Source: a bacterium (GTDB lineage: Bacteria > SAR324 > XYD2-FULL-50-16). From it: 64,000 nt of DNA. The DNA is taken from NCBI GenBank assembly GCA_024275165.1, contig JAJRZQ010000028.1, positions 7,423-71,422 of the forward strand. The letters run 5' to 3'. A model generated the notes under the pieces. It did not search any database. It saw only the letters and a list, made by a program, of their open reading frames with translations, and was not told the origin of the DNA. Shown one piece after another: positions 11,137 through 20,952 of the stretch. Made by a program: the position numbers and the translations under genes. The stretch's first letter is position 1, and each line of letters begins with the position of its first letter.

Positions 11137-12342
11137 TTACTCCAAAACTTTTTCTGATAAAATTTTTTTTAATGCCGGGGCGGTGAGTTCGGTCGAGAAA
11201 CAGAGCACTTGGCCCGGCAAGGCGGCTTCGAGTCGTTTTTTTTGGGCTCCCTTGGCTTTGATGGCAAAACAGTAGCCCTTGGGCAGAGCTTTGGCCACCT
11301 GGATCAACCATTCTTCCTTGGCCGTACTGAAATAACGGAGCCATTCGACTTGAATTTTCTTTTTCCCTTGGAGTAATTCCAGGTCCGGCAGGAGGAGGGC
11401 GCCATTGGGGAGGAAAAAGGCGTCCAGGGGTTGTTTGGCTTTAAATTTAGCGCCATAGCTTTCATTGAAGCGCTGGATCAAGGCGGATATTTTGTCATGC
11501 CGCCATTGGTCTTTGGGTCGGTAGGGGCTGGGGTAGCCTGAATCGGAGTCCAGGGCTAAGGTAAAACAACGCGCGACCCCCTTGCGTTTGATTTGCGCCT
11601 CCATTTTCCATTTTGGTTCTAGGCTGAGGAGAGCGGGGAAGAAGTTCGCCAGCTCCACGCCATAGCTGCGGCTGTTTTCTAAGACCGCTTGGGGGCCTTG
11701 AATCTCAATGGTCAATTGGTCGTTGCCTTGCTGGAGCACGCGAAAGAGCAAGCGGAAAAAACGCAAGCGCTGCATGAGAGGGCGAAATTGAGCCCCTCTT
11801 TGCTTGATTTCTAAGGTCATTTTTTCGGTTTGCAACAATAAGCCCTGCGCCTGTTCGAGGTTGTAGCGTTGCAGCAACTCGCTGGGGGTCAGCTTGGGCG
11901 GGGTCGTTAAGAGCTGTTGCGCCGCCAGGTCGCCAAAGAGCCAGCGTTCTATCGGCTCGGGGGGGGGCGTGAGGTGAGGGGGTAAAATCTCTTGCGCCGC
12001 TTGGCGCGAGTCGGCAAGTTCTTGGGTCGAATTTTTCCACCATTGCGCCACTTGATCCCAAACCTCTTCGCGCAGGGCGCTCAAGTCGCTTTGCAGGTTG
12101 TGGGCAAACTCGCTGCGAGTAAAGAGAATCTTGATCAGCCCCTTGACGACCTTGGGGTTTTGCCCGTAGTCGTCAATACCGGCTAAATCTTCTTCGATTG
12201 CCTCTCGACTCATCCCGCCAGCGCAATGAAAGGCTTGGATTAAATCACCTGCCAGGGCCAGGGGTTCTTGGGCGAGGGGCAGCCTTTTGGGGCTGACCTT
12301 GCCTTTACGGTAAAAGGCTATTTGCAGGTTCCCCGTCAGCAT
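11137..12342 (-). CDS. DUF790 / Bax1-like putative nuclease
   Basis: MLTG.L start, KGLIKIL, LFGDL, LLQRYNLEQAQGLL, I.GP......SRSYGVELA.FFP.L and PD motif. Confidence 0.8.
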   Translation of the reverse strand: MLTGNLQIAFYRKGKVSPKRLPLAQEPLALAGDLIQAFHCAGGMSREAIEEDLAGIDDYGQNPKVVKGLIKILFTRSEFAHNLQSDLSALREEVWDQVAQWWKNSTQELADSRQAAQEILPPHLTPPPEPIERWLFGDLAAQQLLTTPPKLTPSELLQRYNLEQAQGLLLQTEKMTLEIKQRGAQFRPLMQRLRFFRLLFRVLQQGNDQLTIEIQGPQAVLENSRSYGVELANFFPALLSLEPKWKMEAQIKRKGVARCFTLALDSDSGYPSPYRPKDQWRHDKISALIQRFNESYGAKFKAKQPLDAFFLPNGALLLPDLELLQGKKKIQVEWLRYFSTAKEEWLIQVAKALPKGYCFAIKAKGAQKKRLEAALPGQVLCFSTELTAPALKKILSEKVLE

Positions 12343-13139
12343 GAAGAATCCAGGCTCGCGGTGGCTAAAAAGGCGGCGGCGGCAAAGCTGGTCGCCACAT
12401 TCAGGCTGTTTTTGCGCCCCCTCATGGGGAGTTCGATGGCGTGATCGAGCAGGGTTAAATGCTTTTGGGCGATTCCATACTCTTCATTGCCTAAAAGCAG
12501 CACCGCCTTTTTAGGCCAAACGAAGCGGTGGGCCTGGACCGCGCCTTGGACGCGCTCTAAGCCGATCAAGGGGTAGCCCGCTGCTTTTTTTTCCCTTAAG
12601 GCGGTGGTTAAGTCTTCGACTCGGACCTCGGGAATCCATAACTCAGAGCCCAAGGCGGTTTTTTTTACGCCCCGATGATGGAGCCTGGGGGTGATGCCGC
12701 TGGTGATGAAGCCCGCAAAGCCTAAGGCGTCGAGCAAGCGGCAGAGCGCGCCTAGATTAAAGGCGCTGCGTAGGTTGTCGAGAGCGAGCCAGTAGTCATA
12801 GGTCGGTTGCCAGGCCCCCTCGTGCAGATCATCCCCCCAGGGGAGGGGGAGGTAGTCTTCTTCCTGGAGGCGTTTGCCCTGTTCGCTCAACCAAAACTGG
12901 TATTGATCCGCTAGAAACTCCTTGCGCAAGGCCGCCTCGCCGGTTAGGGGGGTTTGGGGCAAGGGGAGCCCCGACCAGGCGCAAAGCTGCCGGTATTCTT
13001 GAAAAAACAAATCCCATTGCAGGGCTTTTCCTCGATTGAGTTGCAGCCAGAGCCGCCTCAACCACAAGGCGAGTTGCTTGGCTCGCCGGGTCGGGGTGAG
13101 GCGGAGAAATTTGTTTTTACCCATGCCAAAGGCTTGCAT
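12336..13139 (-). CDS. TrmH/SpoU-family RNA 2'-O-methyltransferase with N-terminal extension
   Basis: LDNLRSAFNLGA..R, KTALGSE, LLLGNEEYGI, LPMRGRKNSLNVA. Confidence 0.88.
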   Translation of the reverse strand: MQAFGMGKNKFLRLTPTRRAKQLALWLRRLWLQLNRGKALQWDLFFQEYRQLCAWSGLPLPQTPLTGEAALRKEFLADQYQFWLSEQGKRLQEEDYLPLPWGDDLHEGAWQPTYDYWLALDNLRSAFNLGALCRLLDALGFAGFITSGITPRLHHRGVKKTALGSELWIPEVRVEDLTTALREKKAAGYPLIGLERVQGAVQAHRFVWPKKAVLLLGNEEYGIAQKHLTLLDHAIELPMRGRKNSLNVATSFAAAAFLATASLDSSC

Positions 13140-13984
13140 CAGAGTAGGCGGTAAAGGTTGTCGAGTTTCCCCTCGGTGAGAGCTAAGGCGAGGCCGCGAA
13201 TTCGTGGGGCCAAGTCCTGGGGGTTGCTGGTTGTAAGCAGCAGGCTGAAGTGATCCTTTTCAAAATAGGGGTCCATGTCGACCTCGACCCCTTGGGGAAG
13301 GCGTTGGCGCGCGCTGTTGAATTCGCGGCGATATTGTTCCAAATGCGGGCGCGCCAAGGACTCAAGTTCTGAGACCTTGAGCCCGGGGTCGGATAAGTGG
13401 GGCAAGAGGTCGGAAAGCTCGATTTGTTTTAAAATTAAAATCTCCCTTAAGGGGGCTAAAAGCCGCAAAAGCCGGTTCCCTTTTAGTTGAGCCCCGGACT
13501 GGGCTTGGGCTAGAACCTGTAAATCTTGGGGGGTGAATCGGCTCAAGGCCTTGAGTTCACGAAAGCCTAATTCATGGAGTTGGACAAAGTCACGCAAATC
13601 CTTTTCCAGGGGCAAAAGGGGGGCGTACTTTTTTTGCTTGAGCCATTTTCCCTCAAGCCCAAAGGCTTTCGCAAGCTTCAGCGCTTTGTCGAAAGCGGGG
13701 GCGGATAAGCTTTCATAGCTGGTTAAAAACTCCCAAGCAGAGAAACAGCCCAAATGGACGCGACGCAAAAGGCATTGTTCCCAAAGCTCTTCGAGCTTGC
13801 TAGCTTGAGGGAAAATTACGGCGCAGACCTCTGCTTCCCCCTTTTGCCGGTGTTCTACAGGGCGCAGGCCGGAATCGGTTTCAAGCAGCCACCAGGGGGC
13901 CTCATAAGAAGCCAGGCTCAAGGCGCTCAAGGGGAAGAGGGGAGCAAGCCCATCCATCTGAGTCGAGGGAAGTTGTTGAAACAT
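13139..13984 (-). CDS. Hypothetical protein, possibly a degenerate ParB-like protein
   Basis: Long ORF whose TGA overlaps the trmH ATG; helical, with an RP.L...F...LP......P.FE C-terminal pattern. Alternative start at 13999. Confidence 0.55.
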   Translation of the reverse strand: MFQQLPSTQMDGLAPLFPLSALSLASYEAPWWLLETDSGLRPVEHRQKGEAEVCAVIFPQASKLEELWEQCLLRRVHLGCFSAWEFLTSYESLSAPAFDKALKLAKAFGLEGKWLKQKKYAPLLPLEKDLRDFVQLHELGFRELKALSRFTPQDLQVLAQAQSGAQLKGNRLLRLLAPLREILILKQIELSDLLPHLSDPGLKVSELESLARPHLEQYRREFNSARQRLPQGVEVDMDPYFEKDHFSLLLTTSNPQDLAPRIRGLALALTEGKLDNLYRLL

Positions 13985-13987
13985 GAT

Positions 13988-14668
13988 TTGTCGGGACATA
14001 ACGCCTTGATCTATGGTGCGAGCGGCGGCATTGGTACGGCCTTAGCCCATGCGTTGCAAAAAGAAGGAGCGAAACCGATTTTGCTGGGGCGCAATCGGTT
14101 GAAGTTAACAGCCTTGGCCGATCAATTGGGGCTGGAGCCGAGTCGAGTTTTGTTCAGCGAACATCTAGGCCAGGACCAAGCGCGACTGCAAAAGGCCTTA
14201 AAGCCCTTGGGGCCGCTTTCTATCGTGGTACATGCCGCTGGGGGCGGGCTTTTTAAACCCTTAAGCCAAATCACCGATAGCGAGTGGGATGAGTTGATGC
14301 AAGTCCATTTAAAGGATGCCTATCATCTTTTTCAACTAGGTTGGCCTTTAAAAGCAGCATACCAGCAATGGGTTTTTTTTGGCTCCGCCTCTTGCCTGCG
14401 CCCCTGGCCCAAGAATACCCTCTATGGAGCCGCCAAGGCGGGTTTGGCTTATTTCTGCCAAGCCTTGGAAGAAGAACTACGCCCTCAAGGCGGCAGGGTT
14501 TGGCTTTTTGAGCCCGGCGCTGTGGATACGGGTTTTTTTACGCAGGTCAAAAGCCATCTACCTAAAAAAAAACGCATCCATCCCCATAACCTGGCCGCTT
14601 GGGTCGTCGGGCAGCTCCGTCTGCCCCCTAGCCTTTACTGCCTCCCCCAGACCCTATTGAGCGATTAG
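13988..14668 (+). CDS. Short-chain dehydrogenase/reductase (SDR)
   Basis: IYGASGGIG Rossmann motif, HAAG, catalytic YGAAK and PGAVDT. Start inferred at TTG 13988. Confidence 0.85.
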   Translation: MSGHNALIYGASGGIGTALAHALQKEGAKPILLGRNRLKLTALADQLGLEPSRVLFSEHLGQDQARLQKALKPLGPLSIVVHAAGGGLFKPLSQITDSEWDELMQVHLKDAYHLFQLGWPLKAAYQQWVFFGSASCLRPWPKNTLYGAAKAGLAYFCQALEEELRPQGGRVWLFEPGAVDTGFFTQVKSHLPKKKRIHPHNLAAWVVGQLRLPPSLYCLPQTLLSD

Positions 14669-14672
14669 CCCC

Positions 14673-16238
14673 TTAGCCATCACTGAAACGATAGCGCAGG
14701 AGGTACTCAAAAAAGCGAAAGCCTCCTGTTTCGCCATGAATATAACCAATCCGATCATAGACACGCAAGTGGAGTTGGTTTGGCACTTTTCCCTTAAAGT
14801 GAAAGATGAGGTGTTTTTTGGAGCGGCTCGGTTGCATGGGCCAAGAGGCCAAGAGATTAAATTGATCGTCATAGAGGCGCAATAGGGGGCGAAGGTAGCT
14901 TTTGCCCAGTTTGAGCCAATCAATAATCAAGGTTTTTTTATTTTCTCCGGGGAGTAAAAAGAGGTCTTCATCGGCACGGCTGTTGAGCCGACCTAAAATC
15001 ACCTGCTCGCTCAAGACCGGGGTGAGTTCTAAACTGGTATTGTTGGGCTCGCCTTCTCGAAAGAGTTGGCCCCATTCGGGGGGAATGGGGGCTTTTTCAT
15101 TCAGACCTAAGGCAAGGAGGATTTTTTTTCTCCATTCCTGGACTTGTAAGATAGGGCGGGGGGGGGACATTTTAGGGCTCGATTGCGCCAAAACCTGAAC
15201 CTGGGTTTGGTTGCCCTCTTCTGTAAGAATCTGGAAGCTAAAATAAGCCGAGGGCTTAAAGAGAGTCAAGGCCAGTTCTTTGGCGCTTTTGGCGCTATAG
15301 ACGCGGTAGCGGCTGGATTCGCTCGACCTATGGGTGAGTTCAAAAGCCTCAATTTGCCGGTTGGGCTTAAGGCAAGTTTCTTCAAAGAGGTAGCGGGCTT
15401 TTGGATTGGTCAAGCCCACCAACTCCAACAGCCACACTCGCTTTTTCCCTCCCGTAAAGTCAGAATGTTGTAGATTTTGCACGGAAAAGAGGGAGAGAAA
15501 GCGCTCTAAGTTTCTTTTGAGGTAAGTACCGATTTGATCCGCCTCTCTCTGCTCAAAATTCAGCACTAGGTTTTGAGCGATTTGAAAATCACTCAAGCGT
15601 ACGACTCGCGCCGTGATTCCCTGGACTTTGCCGGGGCTATCGCCGGGGATTGGTTCGATCAAAATCGCGGCAGAGGGGGAACCGAGTTGCTCAAATAAAC
15701 TTTCTAACTGCTCCGCGTCGAGGGTCGCGGAGGAATAGGAGAGCTGTTTTTGTACCCTCAATTTCAAGAGGGCCAAACGGCTTTTTATTTTGTTGACGGG
15801 CAGGGGAATCGTTTGGTCGATCAAGAGGCCAATGGGTACGGCCGGGTCTTTGGCCAAGGGAAAGCCCAATTGGCGGAGCGAGCGCTCTAAAGGCTTCATC
15901 CGCAACCAAGCGATCAGGCTTAAACTGAGGCTGTTTGCGTTGGCGGATTCCCGGACGATCTTAACCCGGGTAATGACCTGGTCATTGCGGATCTGGTTGC
16001 GGAGGTAGCGTTCGTTTTCTCGGTAAAGGCGGCTCCCGATTAAATCGGCGACCCCTTTTTGGATCAGTTCTCTCCTTAAGTCCGCAAAGGCTTGATTGCG
16101 GGCGTAGACCACATCTTTTTCCTTAATGGGGACTTGAGTTTTTGCCCTAAAGCTTTGGGTCTCTCGGGCATCCAGTGAACCCAAGGTGAGGCTAAAGAAG
16201 ATGAGACTGATCAGGGTGGATTTGATGGCAGTTCCCAC
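14673..16238 (-). CDS. Secreted hypothetical protein with a C-terminal PPC-like domain
   Basis: Signal peptide (..SLDA); C-terminal EGEPNN..ILGRL...DEDLF...PLLRLYD pattern. Confidence 0.6.
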   Translation of the reverse strand: MGTAIKSTLISLIFFSLTLGSLDARETQSFRAKTQVPIKEKDVVYARNQAFADLRRELIQKGVADLIGSRLYRENERYLRNQIRNDQVITRVKIVRESANANSLSLSLIAWLRMKPLERSLRQLGFPLAKDPAVPIGLLIDQTIPLPVNKIKSRLALLKLRVQKQLSYSSATLDAEQLESLFEQLGSPSAAILIEPIPGDSPGKVQGITARVVRLSDFQIAQNLVLNFEQREADQIGTYLKRNLERFLSLFSVQNLQHSDFTGGKKRVWLLELVGLTNPKARYLFEETCLKPNRQIEAFELTHRSSESSRYRVYSAKSAKELALTLFKPSAYFSFQILTEEGNQTQVQVLAQSSPKMSPPRPILQVQEWRKKILLALGLNEKAPIPPEWGQLFREGEPNNTSLELTPVLSEQVILGRLNSRADEDLFLLPGENKKTLIIDWLKLGKSYLRPLLRLYDDQFNLLASWPMQPSRSKKHLIFHFKGKVPNQLHLRVYDRIGYIHGETGGFRFFEYLLRYRFSDG

Positions 16239-18097
16239 AGTTCCTTTTGAAATTCGGGGAGGCTCATAGGAAAGCCGCTGGGGTAAAAGCGTTCGATCCA
16301 GTTTGAAGCGTTGATTTCATCAATTTGGGTGGTTTTTAAGTGCTCCGCGGCCCATTGTTGGTATAACCCGGACTCGAGGAAGATTTTTACGATCTCTGCG
16401 TCAAGCTGCTGCTCCTTGACCATGAAGCCTAAAATTTCCAGCGCTTTGGATAACTTCATGGGTTGTTTATAGGGCCGATCCGAGGCGGTTAGGGCCTCAA
16501 AAATATCGGCAATGGCGATAATGCGAGCCTGCAAGGGGAGTTGCTCTGCTTTCAACCCAATCGGGTAGCCGCTGCCGCTTAAGGTTTCATGATGCGCCGC
16601 CGCGAAGAGGGGGAGCTTTTTCATCTTTTTGGGAAAGGGCAGCTTAAAGAGCCAACGCCAAGAGCGATCCGCGTGGTCATTGACAATCTGCCGCTCCGCC
16701 GCGGTGAGGGTTCCCCTTTGAATGAGCAGGCATTCTTTTTCCTCTTCATTGATCAGCCTGTCTGGGGTGGGTTGCTTTAAAAGACGCAATTGCTTGATGT
16801 TTTCGGTGCCATTGTAAAGCGTTTTTTCACAGCCAATCCATTGCTTGTGAGTGAGTTCCGCCATTTCAAGGATTTCTTTCTTGGTCGCCTCTTCTAAAAA
16901 CTCGCCCCCAAAGTTTGTGCGGTTTAAGTTTTTTAAAATTTTAACCAACTTGCGCTTTTTTTGGTCTATTTTTTTGCTTTCTTTTTGAAATTGATCCTTC
17001 GAGAGTTCCCCTTGCCGCGTTTTTAATTGGGCTTGCAGTTTGGCGATTTCCAAATCTTTGATTTTCGAGTTGGTTCGCTCGATAATCAATTCCATGCGGT
17101 TGCTCACTCGTTCCAGCTTCAGTTGTTTGCTGACTACATTTTCAGGGGTGGTGAGCTTCCCGATGTCGTGCATCCACCCGGCGAGCTTGAGTTCACTCAA
17201 CTCTGCTTGGCTCAAGGTGACCTGGCCGTAAATTCCCTTTTCCCACTGGCTGACTTGCTGGGCCAGTTCTAGGGTGAGACCGGCGACCCGGTTGATGTGT
17301 CCATAGTGGTAGGCTGCCTTTTCGCCTAGTCCCTCTGCCAAGACCTGTACAAAGCTGTTGAACAGGTCCACCTGTTCTTGTACGAGGATCTGGGTCGTCA
17401 AGGTAACCGCCGCTTGATAGCTGATCGCCTGCAAGATGGCTAAGTCGCTGGAGGTAAAGGGGATGATTTCACCGGTTGCCGTTTGCCGATTGATCAACTG
17501 CATTACCCCAATAATATCAAATTGATGGTTTCTTAGAGGAAGAACCAGCATGGATTTAGAACGATAACCGGTGGTCGCGTCATATTTTTTTGTGCCTGAA
17601 AAATCGAACCCCCGAGCATGGTAAACATCTTCGATGTTGATGATTTCACCGGTAATGGCACAATGGGCGGAAACATTATGTTGGTTGGGTTTACCGTCGA
17701 TCTCCAAGGGGACGGGAGGCAAAAAGATTTTACTGCTGGCCGTGCGCTTGAGGTAGACCCCCATGGTATCATTTTGCAAGACCTCGAATTGAAGCTTGCG
17801 CGATTTGATTTCACCGGGGTTGTAATGGTCTTCTGAGTATTCTTCTTCGACCATGTAGAGGGTTCCCCCGTCGGCGTTGGTTAGTTTCCTGGCCGAATTG
17901 AGAATGATCTCCATGATCGCTTGCTGTTCTTTTTCCTTGTGAATATCTGACCCGGCGAGGGTTAGAATGTCGATTTGTCGTTCGAGTTCATTGATTTCAA
18001 AACTAATTTTTTCAATCAGTTTGCTGGCTAAGGGGTCGGCAAGCTTGTTTTTGGCGAGTAAATCACTTAAATCCTGCAATCGTTGGGCAATTTTCAT
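16211..18097 (-). CDS. GAF + HD-GYP cyclic di-nucleotide phosphodiesterase
   Basis: GAF (NADGGTLY, YRSKSMLVLPL), GHINRV, WMHDIGK, HHETLSGSGYP, ADIFEALT..DRPYK. ATG 18097 chosen to avoid overlap with dksA. Confidence 0.92.
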   Translation of the reverse strand: MKIAQRLQDLSDLLAKNKLADPLASKLIEKISFEINELERQIDILTLAGSDIHKEKEQQAIMEIILNSARKLTNADGGTLYMVEEEYSEDHYNPGEIKSRKLQFEVLQNDTMGVYLKRTASSKIFLPPVPLEIDGKPNQHNVSAHCAITGEIINIEDVYHARGFDFSGTKKYDATTGYRSKSMLVLPLRNHQFDIIGVMQLINRQTATGEIIPFTSSDLAILQAISYQAAVTLTTQILVQEQVDLFNSFVQVLAEGLGEKAAYHYGHINRVAGLTLELAQQVSQWEKGIYGQVTLSQAELSELKLAGWMHDIGKLTTPENVVSKQLKLERVSNRMELIIERTNSKIKDLEIAKLQAQLKTRQGELSKDQFQKESKKIDQKKRKLVKILKNLNRTNFGGEFLEEATKKEILEMAELTHKQWIGCEKTLYNGTENIKQLRLLKQPTPDRLINEEEKECLLIQRGTLTAAERQIVNDHADRSWRWLFKLPFPKKMKKLPLFAAAHHETLSGSGYPIGLKAEQLPLQARIIAIADIFEALTASDRPYKQPMKLSKALEILGFMVKEQQLDAEIVKIFLESGLYQQWAAEHLKTTQIDEINASNWIERFYPSGFPMSLPEFQKELWELPSNPP

Positions 18098-18107
18098 AAA
18101 ACAGAGC

Positions 18108-18497
18108 TTAACCCAGGTGGGTGTTTTCCTTTTGTTCTTGCGCCTGTTTGCAGGCAATGCACAAGGTGGTTACCGGCCTGGCATCCAGCCTGGTTTTGCC
18201 AATGGACTCGCCGCATTCTTCGCATTCGTTGTAGGTTCCGTTTTCAACGCGCTCCATGGCTTCGCGTACCTTTTTGATCAATTTTCTTTCCCGATCCCGA
18301 ATGCGTAAGGTGGTGTTGCGCTCAAATTCATAGTTGGCACGATCCGCCGGGTCGGGGAACTCTAAATCAGCGTCTTGCATTTCAGCGATGGTGCCGCCGG
18401 ACTCCACAAAAAGCTCTTTGAGCATGTCGTTGAGCTTGCTTGTGAAATATTCTTTTTCCTGGTCATTGAGGTCTTGTGTGCTTTCATCGAACTTCAT
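18108..18497 (-). CDS. dksA: RNA polymerase-binding factor DksA
   Basis: DPADRA coiled-coil tip, LRIRDRERKLI, CEEC...CIAC zinc finger; GGAGG SD. Confidence 0.95.
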   Translation of the reverse strand: MKFDESTQDLNDQEKEYFTSKLNDMLKELFVESGGTIAEMQDADLEFPDPADRANYEFERNTTLRIRDRERKLIKKVREAMERVENGTYNECEECGESIGKTRLDARPVTTLCIACKQAQEQKENTHLG

Positions 18498-18519
18498 GGT
18501 TCCTCCCTATTTTTTATGA

Positions 18520-19197
18520 CTAGCGGATGCTGAGTTTTCGCACTTCACCTTCTCCAAAACGAACCTCCAGTTCATCTGGACCAATCCACAGGTAATTGAG
18601 CTTTGGGTCGTAACTGTGATATTCCCCCCGAAGGTGTTGTACCTTTGGGGCGCTGTTTCTTACAATATGCAATTTATAGGTATAGATATACTTGGCTTTA
18701 CCCTCGACTTCAATTGTTTCGCCCGCGGTGATGTGAGTAAATACCGCTTTGTCTTTTCCATTAAACAGCAGGTTGCCCGGGGTGCTGGAACGGGGCAGCA
18801 GGTCTTGAATCTTGCCCTTTGCGTTAATCCGCAGGAGTTTTTTCTTTCCGCCGTATTTGAAGCTAAAAAAACCGCCTTCCAACTTTTTGATTTCCGCTCC
18901 CGTAGGGCCAAACCAGCCCATTTGTGGTTCTTCTTGATTGTCATACCCCAGATAGAGCAGCCCATCGTTGATGTTGAGAATATCACGAATAGCCAGGTCT
19001 TGTCTTGTAAAGATTTTTTTCTTTTTCAGGTAGAGGCTGTTGCCGATTCGGTTTTCCGGAAAGATACCGTAATCCTCATCCAGAGTGACATATCCCTTTG
19101 GGGAAGGGCCGGCCGGGGCGGCAGCGATGGTTGTTTCCGCTGCGTAGAGCGTCCAGGAAAACAAGACAAGCAAAAGAGATAAGAGTAAACGCTTCAT
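18520..19197 (-). CDS. Secreted hypothetical protein
   Basis: MKRLLLSLLLVLFSWTLYA signal peptide and a beta-rich body; no family recognised. Confidence 0.7.
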   Translation of the reverse strand: MKRLLLSLLLVLFSWTLYAAETTIAAAPAGPSPKGYVTLDEDYGIFPENRIGNSLYLKKKKIFTRQDLAIRDILNINDGLLYLGYDNQEEPQMGWFGPTGAEIKKLEGGFFSFKYGGKKKLLRINAKGKIQDLLPRSSTPGNLLFNGKDKAVFTHITAGETIEVEGKAKYIYTYKLHIVRNSAPKVQHLRGEYHSYDPKLNYLWIGPDELEVRFGEGEVRKLSIR

Positions 19198-19231
19198 AAA
19201 GAGGGGCTTTTTTAGGTTTTGCGTAAGCCTT

Positions 19232-19260
19232 AGTCTAGGGTGAACCGCCGACCCTGTCAA
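19232..19260 (-). promoter_or_regulatory. Sigma70-type promoter upstream of the hyp-dksA-HD-GYP gene run
   Basis: TTGACA-17 bp-TAGACT. Confidence 0.75.
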
Positions 19261-19422
19261 ATATTTCCCAGCGAACTAAAGTGAATGCTCGAAGGTCTTT
19301 ACCGAGGTTTTTAGGTCTGGAATTGAACGAGAAAACCCTAAACGGAGCCTGCTCCCTTTTGGTTGGCTCAGGGTATTTTTTCGCTTGAAAAACGCTCCAG
19401 ACGGGCTTGTTCAGAACTTGCT

Positions 19423-20952
19423 TCAATATTGTATGGGTCGCTCCAAGCAGCGATAATTGATCGCTTCTGCCAAATGCTCCAAGGCAATCTTTTCTGCTCC
19501 TTCTAAATCGGCAATGGTGCGGGCTACCTTTAAAATCGAATCATGCGCCCGACCAGACAAGCGAAAGCGTTCCAAGGCCGCCTTCAACAACCCGTGCCCC
19601 TCGTCATCCAATTGACAATGGCGCTCGATTTGTTTGTGGGTCATGTTGGCGTTGTATTGTTCTTGTCGGCAAAAGCGCTTGGTTTGACGCTTCCGAGCCA
19701 ACAAGACCCTCTTGCGGATCATTGCGCTCGCTTCGCCCTTTTTGCCAAAATTGATCTCCTCATAGCTTAAGCTGGGCATCTCGACCTGCATGTCAATCCG
19801 GTCCAGCAGTGGTCCGCTGATCTTTGTCCGGTACCTTTCCACCTGGGCCTGCCCGCAACTACAGGGCTTGGTTTGATCTCCAAAGTAACCGCAGGGGCAG
19901 GGGTTCATGGCGGCAATCAAAATAAAATCAGTGGGAAAGGTCAGGCTCTCCTTGGCTCTGCTGATGGTTATCCGTTTATCTTCCAGGGGTTGGCGCAGTA
20001 AATCCAAAATGGCTCGGTTGTATTCGGGTAGTTCATCTAAAAACAAAACCCCATGATGAGCCAAGGAAACCTCTCCCGGTTTAGGAGTACTCCCGCCCCC
20101 GATGAGGCCGGCCCCCGATACGCTATGATGGGGGCTTTGAAAGGGCCGACGGCGCAGCCGCTCTTTTCCGGGGGACAAGCGCCCCGCAATGGAGTGAATT
20201 TTGGTGGCCTCTAAACATTCTGTAAAACTCAAAGGGGGTAAAATTCCCGCCAGCCTTTTTGCCAGCATGGATTTGCCCGACCCGGGAGGCCCGGTAAACA
20301 ATAAATTATGCCGCCCTGCCGCGGCAATCTCTAAAGCTCGTTTTGCCGTTTCTTGCCCCTTGACCTCGGAAAAATCCGGTTCGTCGTCACCGCTTGAGGG
20401 ATTGGCTTCTGCTTGGCCCCGGTAGGGGCTTAGAAGCTTCAACCCCTGTAAGTGATCCAGAACCTCGGTTAAGGTCTCCGCGGGTAAGACCTCCAATTCC
20501 CGAACCATGGCAGCCGAAGGGGCCGAGTCCTTGGGCAGAATCACTTGGCTCATCCCCGCTTGGGAGGCCGCTAAAGCCATGGCTAAAACCCCGTTCACGG
20601 GGCGGAGTCTTCCGTCTAAACTCAACTCCCCCACGGCGAGCCAGCCTCGGCTCGCCGTGGGGGGCAGCTTTTCGGCCGCTTCCAAAATCGCTAACGCAAT
20701 GGGGAGGTCAAACCCAGTGCCGTTTTTAGGCAGGTCGGCAGGGGCTAGGTTCACCACCACCTTGCGGATGGGAAAGCCCACTCCCGCGTTATTGATGGCG
20801 CTGGTAATCCGGTCTTTGGACTCGCGAATGGCCCCATCGGGCAGCCCTACAATATTAAAGGCGCCCAGTCCGATGGAGACATCGGCCTCGACCTCGATTA
20901 AATGGGCGTCCACCCCTAAAATACTGGCGGTAATGCTGCTGGCGGTGGGCAT
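19423..20952 (-). CDS. comM: YifB/ComM Mg-chelatase-like AAA+ ATPase
   Basis: VNLAPADLPK..FDLPIA, GPPGSGKS, PGEVSLAHHGVLFLDE, AAMNPCPCG, ISGPLLDRID, KVARTIADL. Confidence 0.93.
   Translation of the reverse strand: MPTASSITASILGVDAHLIEVEADVSIGLGAFNIVGLPDGAIRESKDRITSAINNAGVGFPIRKVVVNLAPADLPKNGTGFDLPIALAILEAAEKLPPTASRGWLAVGELSLDGRLRPVNGVLAMALAASQAGMSQVILPKDSAPSAAMVRELEVLPAETLTEVLDHLQGLKLLSPYRGQAEANPSSGDDEPDFSEVKGQETAKRALEIAAAGRHNLLFTGPPGSGKSMLAKRLAGILPPLSFTECLEATKIHSIAGRLSPGKERLRRRPFQSPHHSVSGAGLIGGGSTPKPGEVSLAHHGVLFLDELPEYNRAILDLLRQPLEDKRITISRAKESLTFPTDFILIAAMNPCPCGYFGDQTKPCSCGQAQVERYRTKISGPLLDRIDMQVEMPSLSYEEINFGKKGEASAMIRKRVLLARKRQTKRFCRQEQYNANMTHKQIERHCQLDDEGHGLLKAALERFRLSGRAHDSILKVARTIADLEGAEKIALEHLAEAINYRCLERPIQY

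Noticed and set aside
13754..13987. Long N-terminal extensions from the ORF track (SDR 13754, cbiA 55565, cbiX 58771, cbiC 59732, cbiL 62785, GT 24882, OMP 39490)
   Set aside because: They overlap neighbouring genes or promoters; downstream starts match domain boundaries or stop/start coupling.
18616..19182. 188-aa plus-strand ORF and the many other antisense or shadow ORFs in the track (e.g. 773-1297, 2762-3298, 56661-57191)
   Set aside because: They lie fully opposite or inside well-supported genes and have no motifs.
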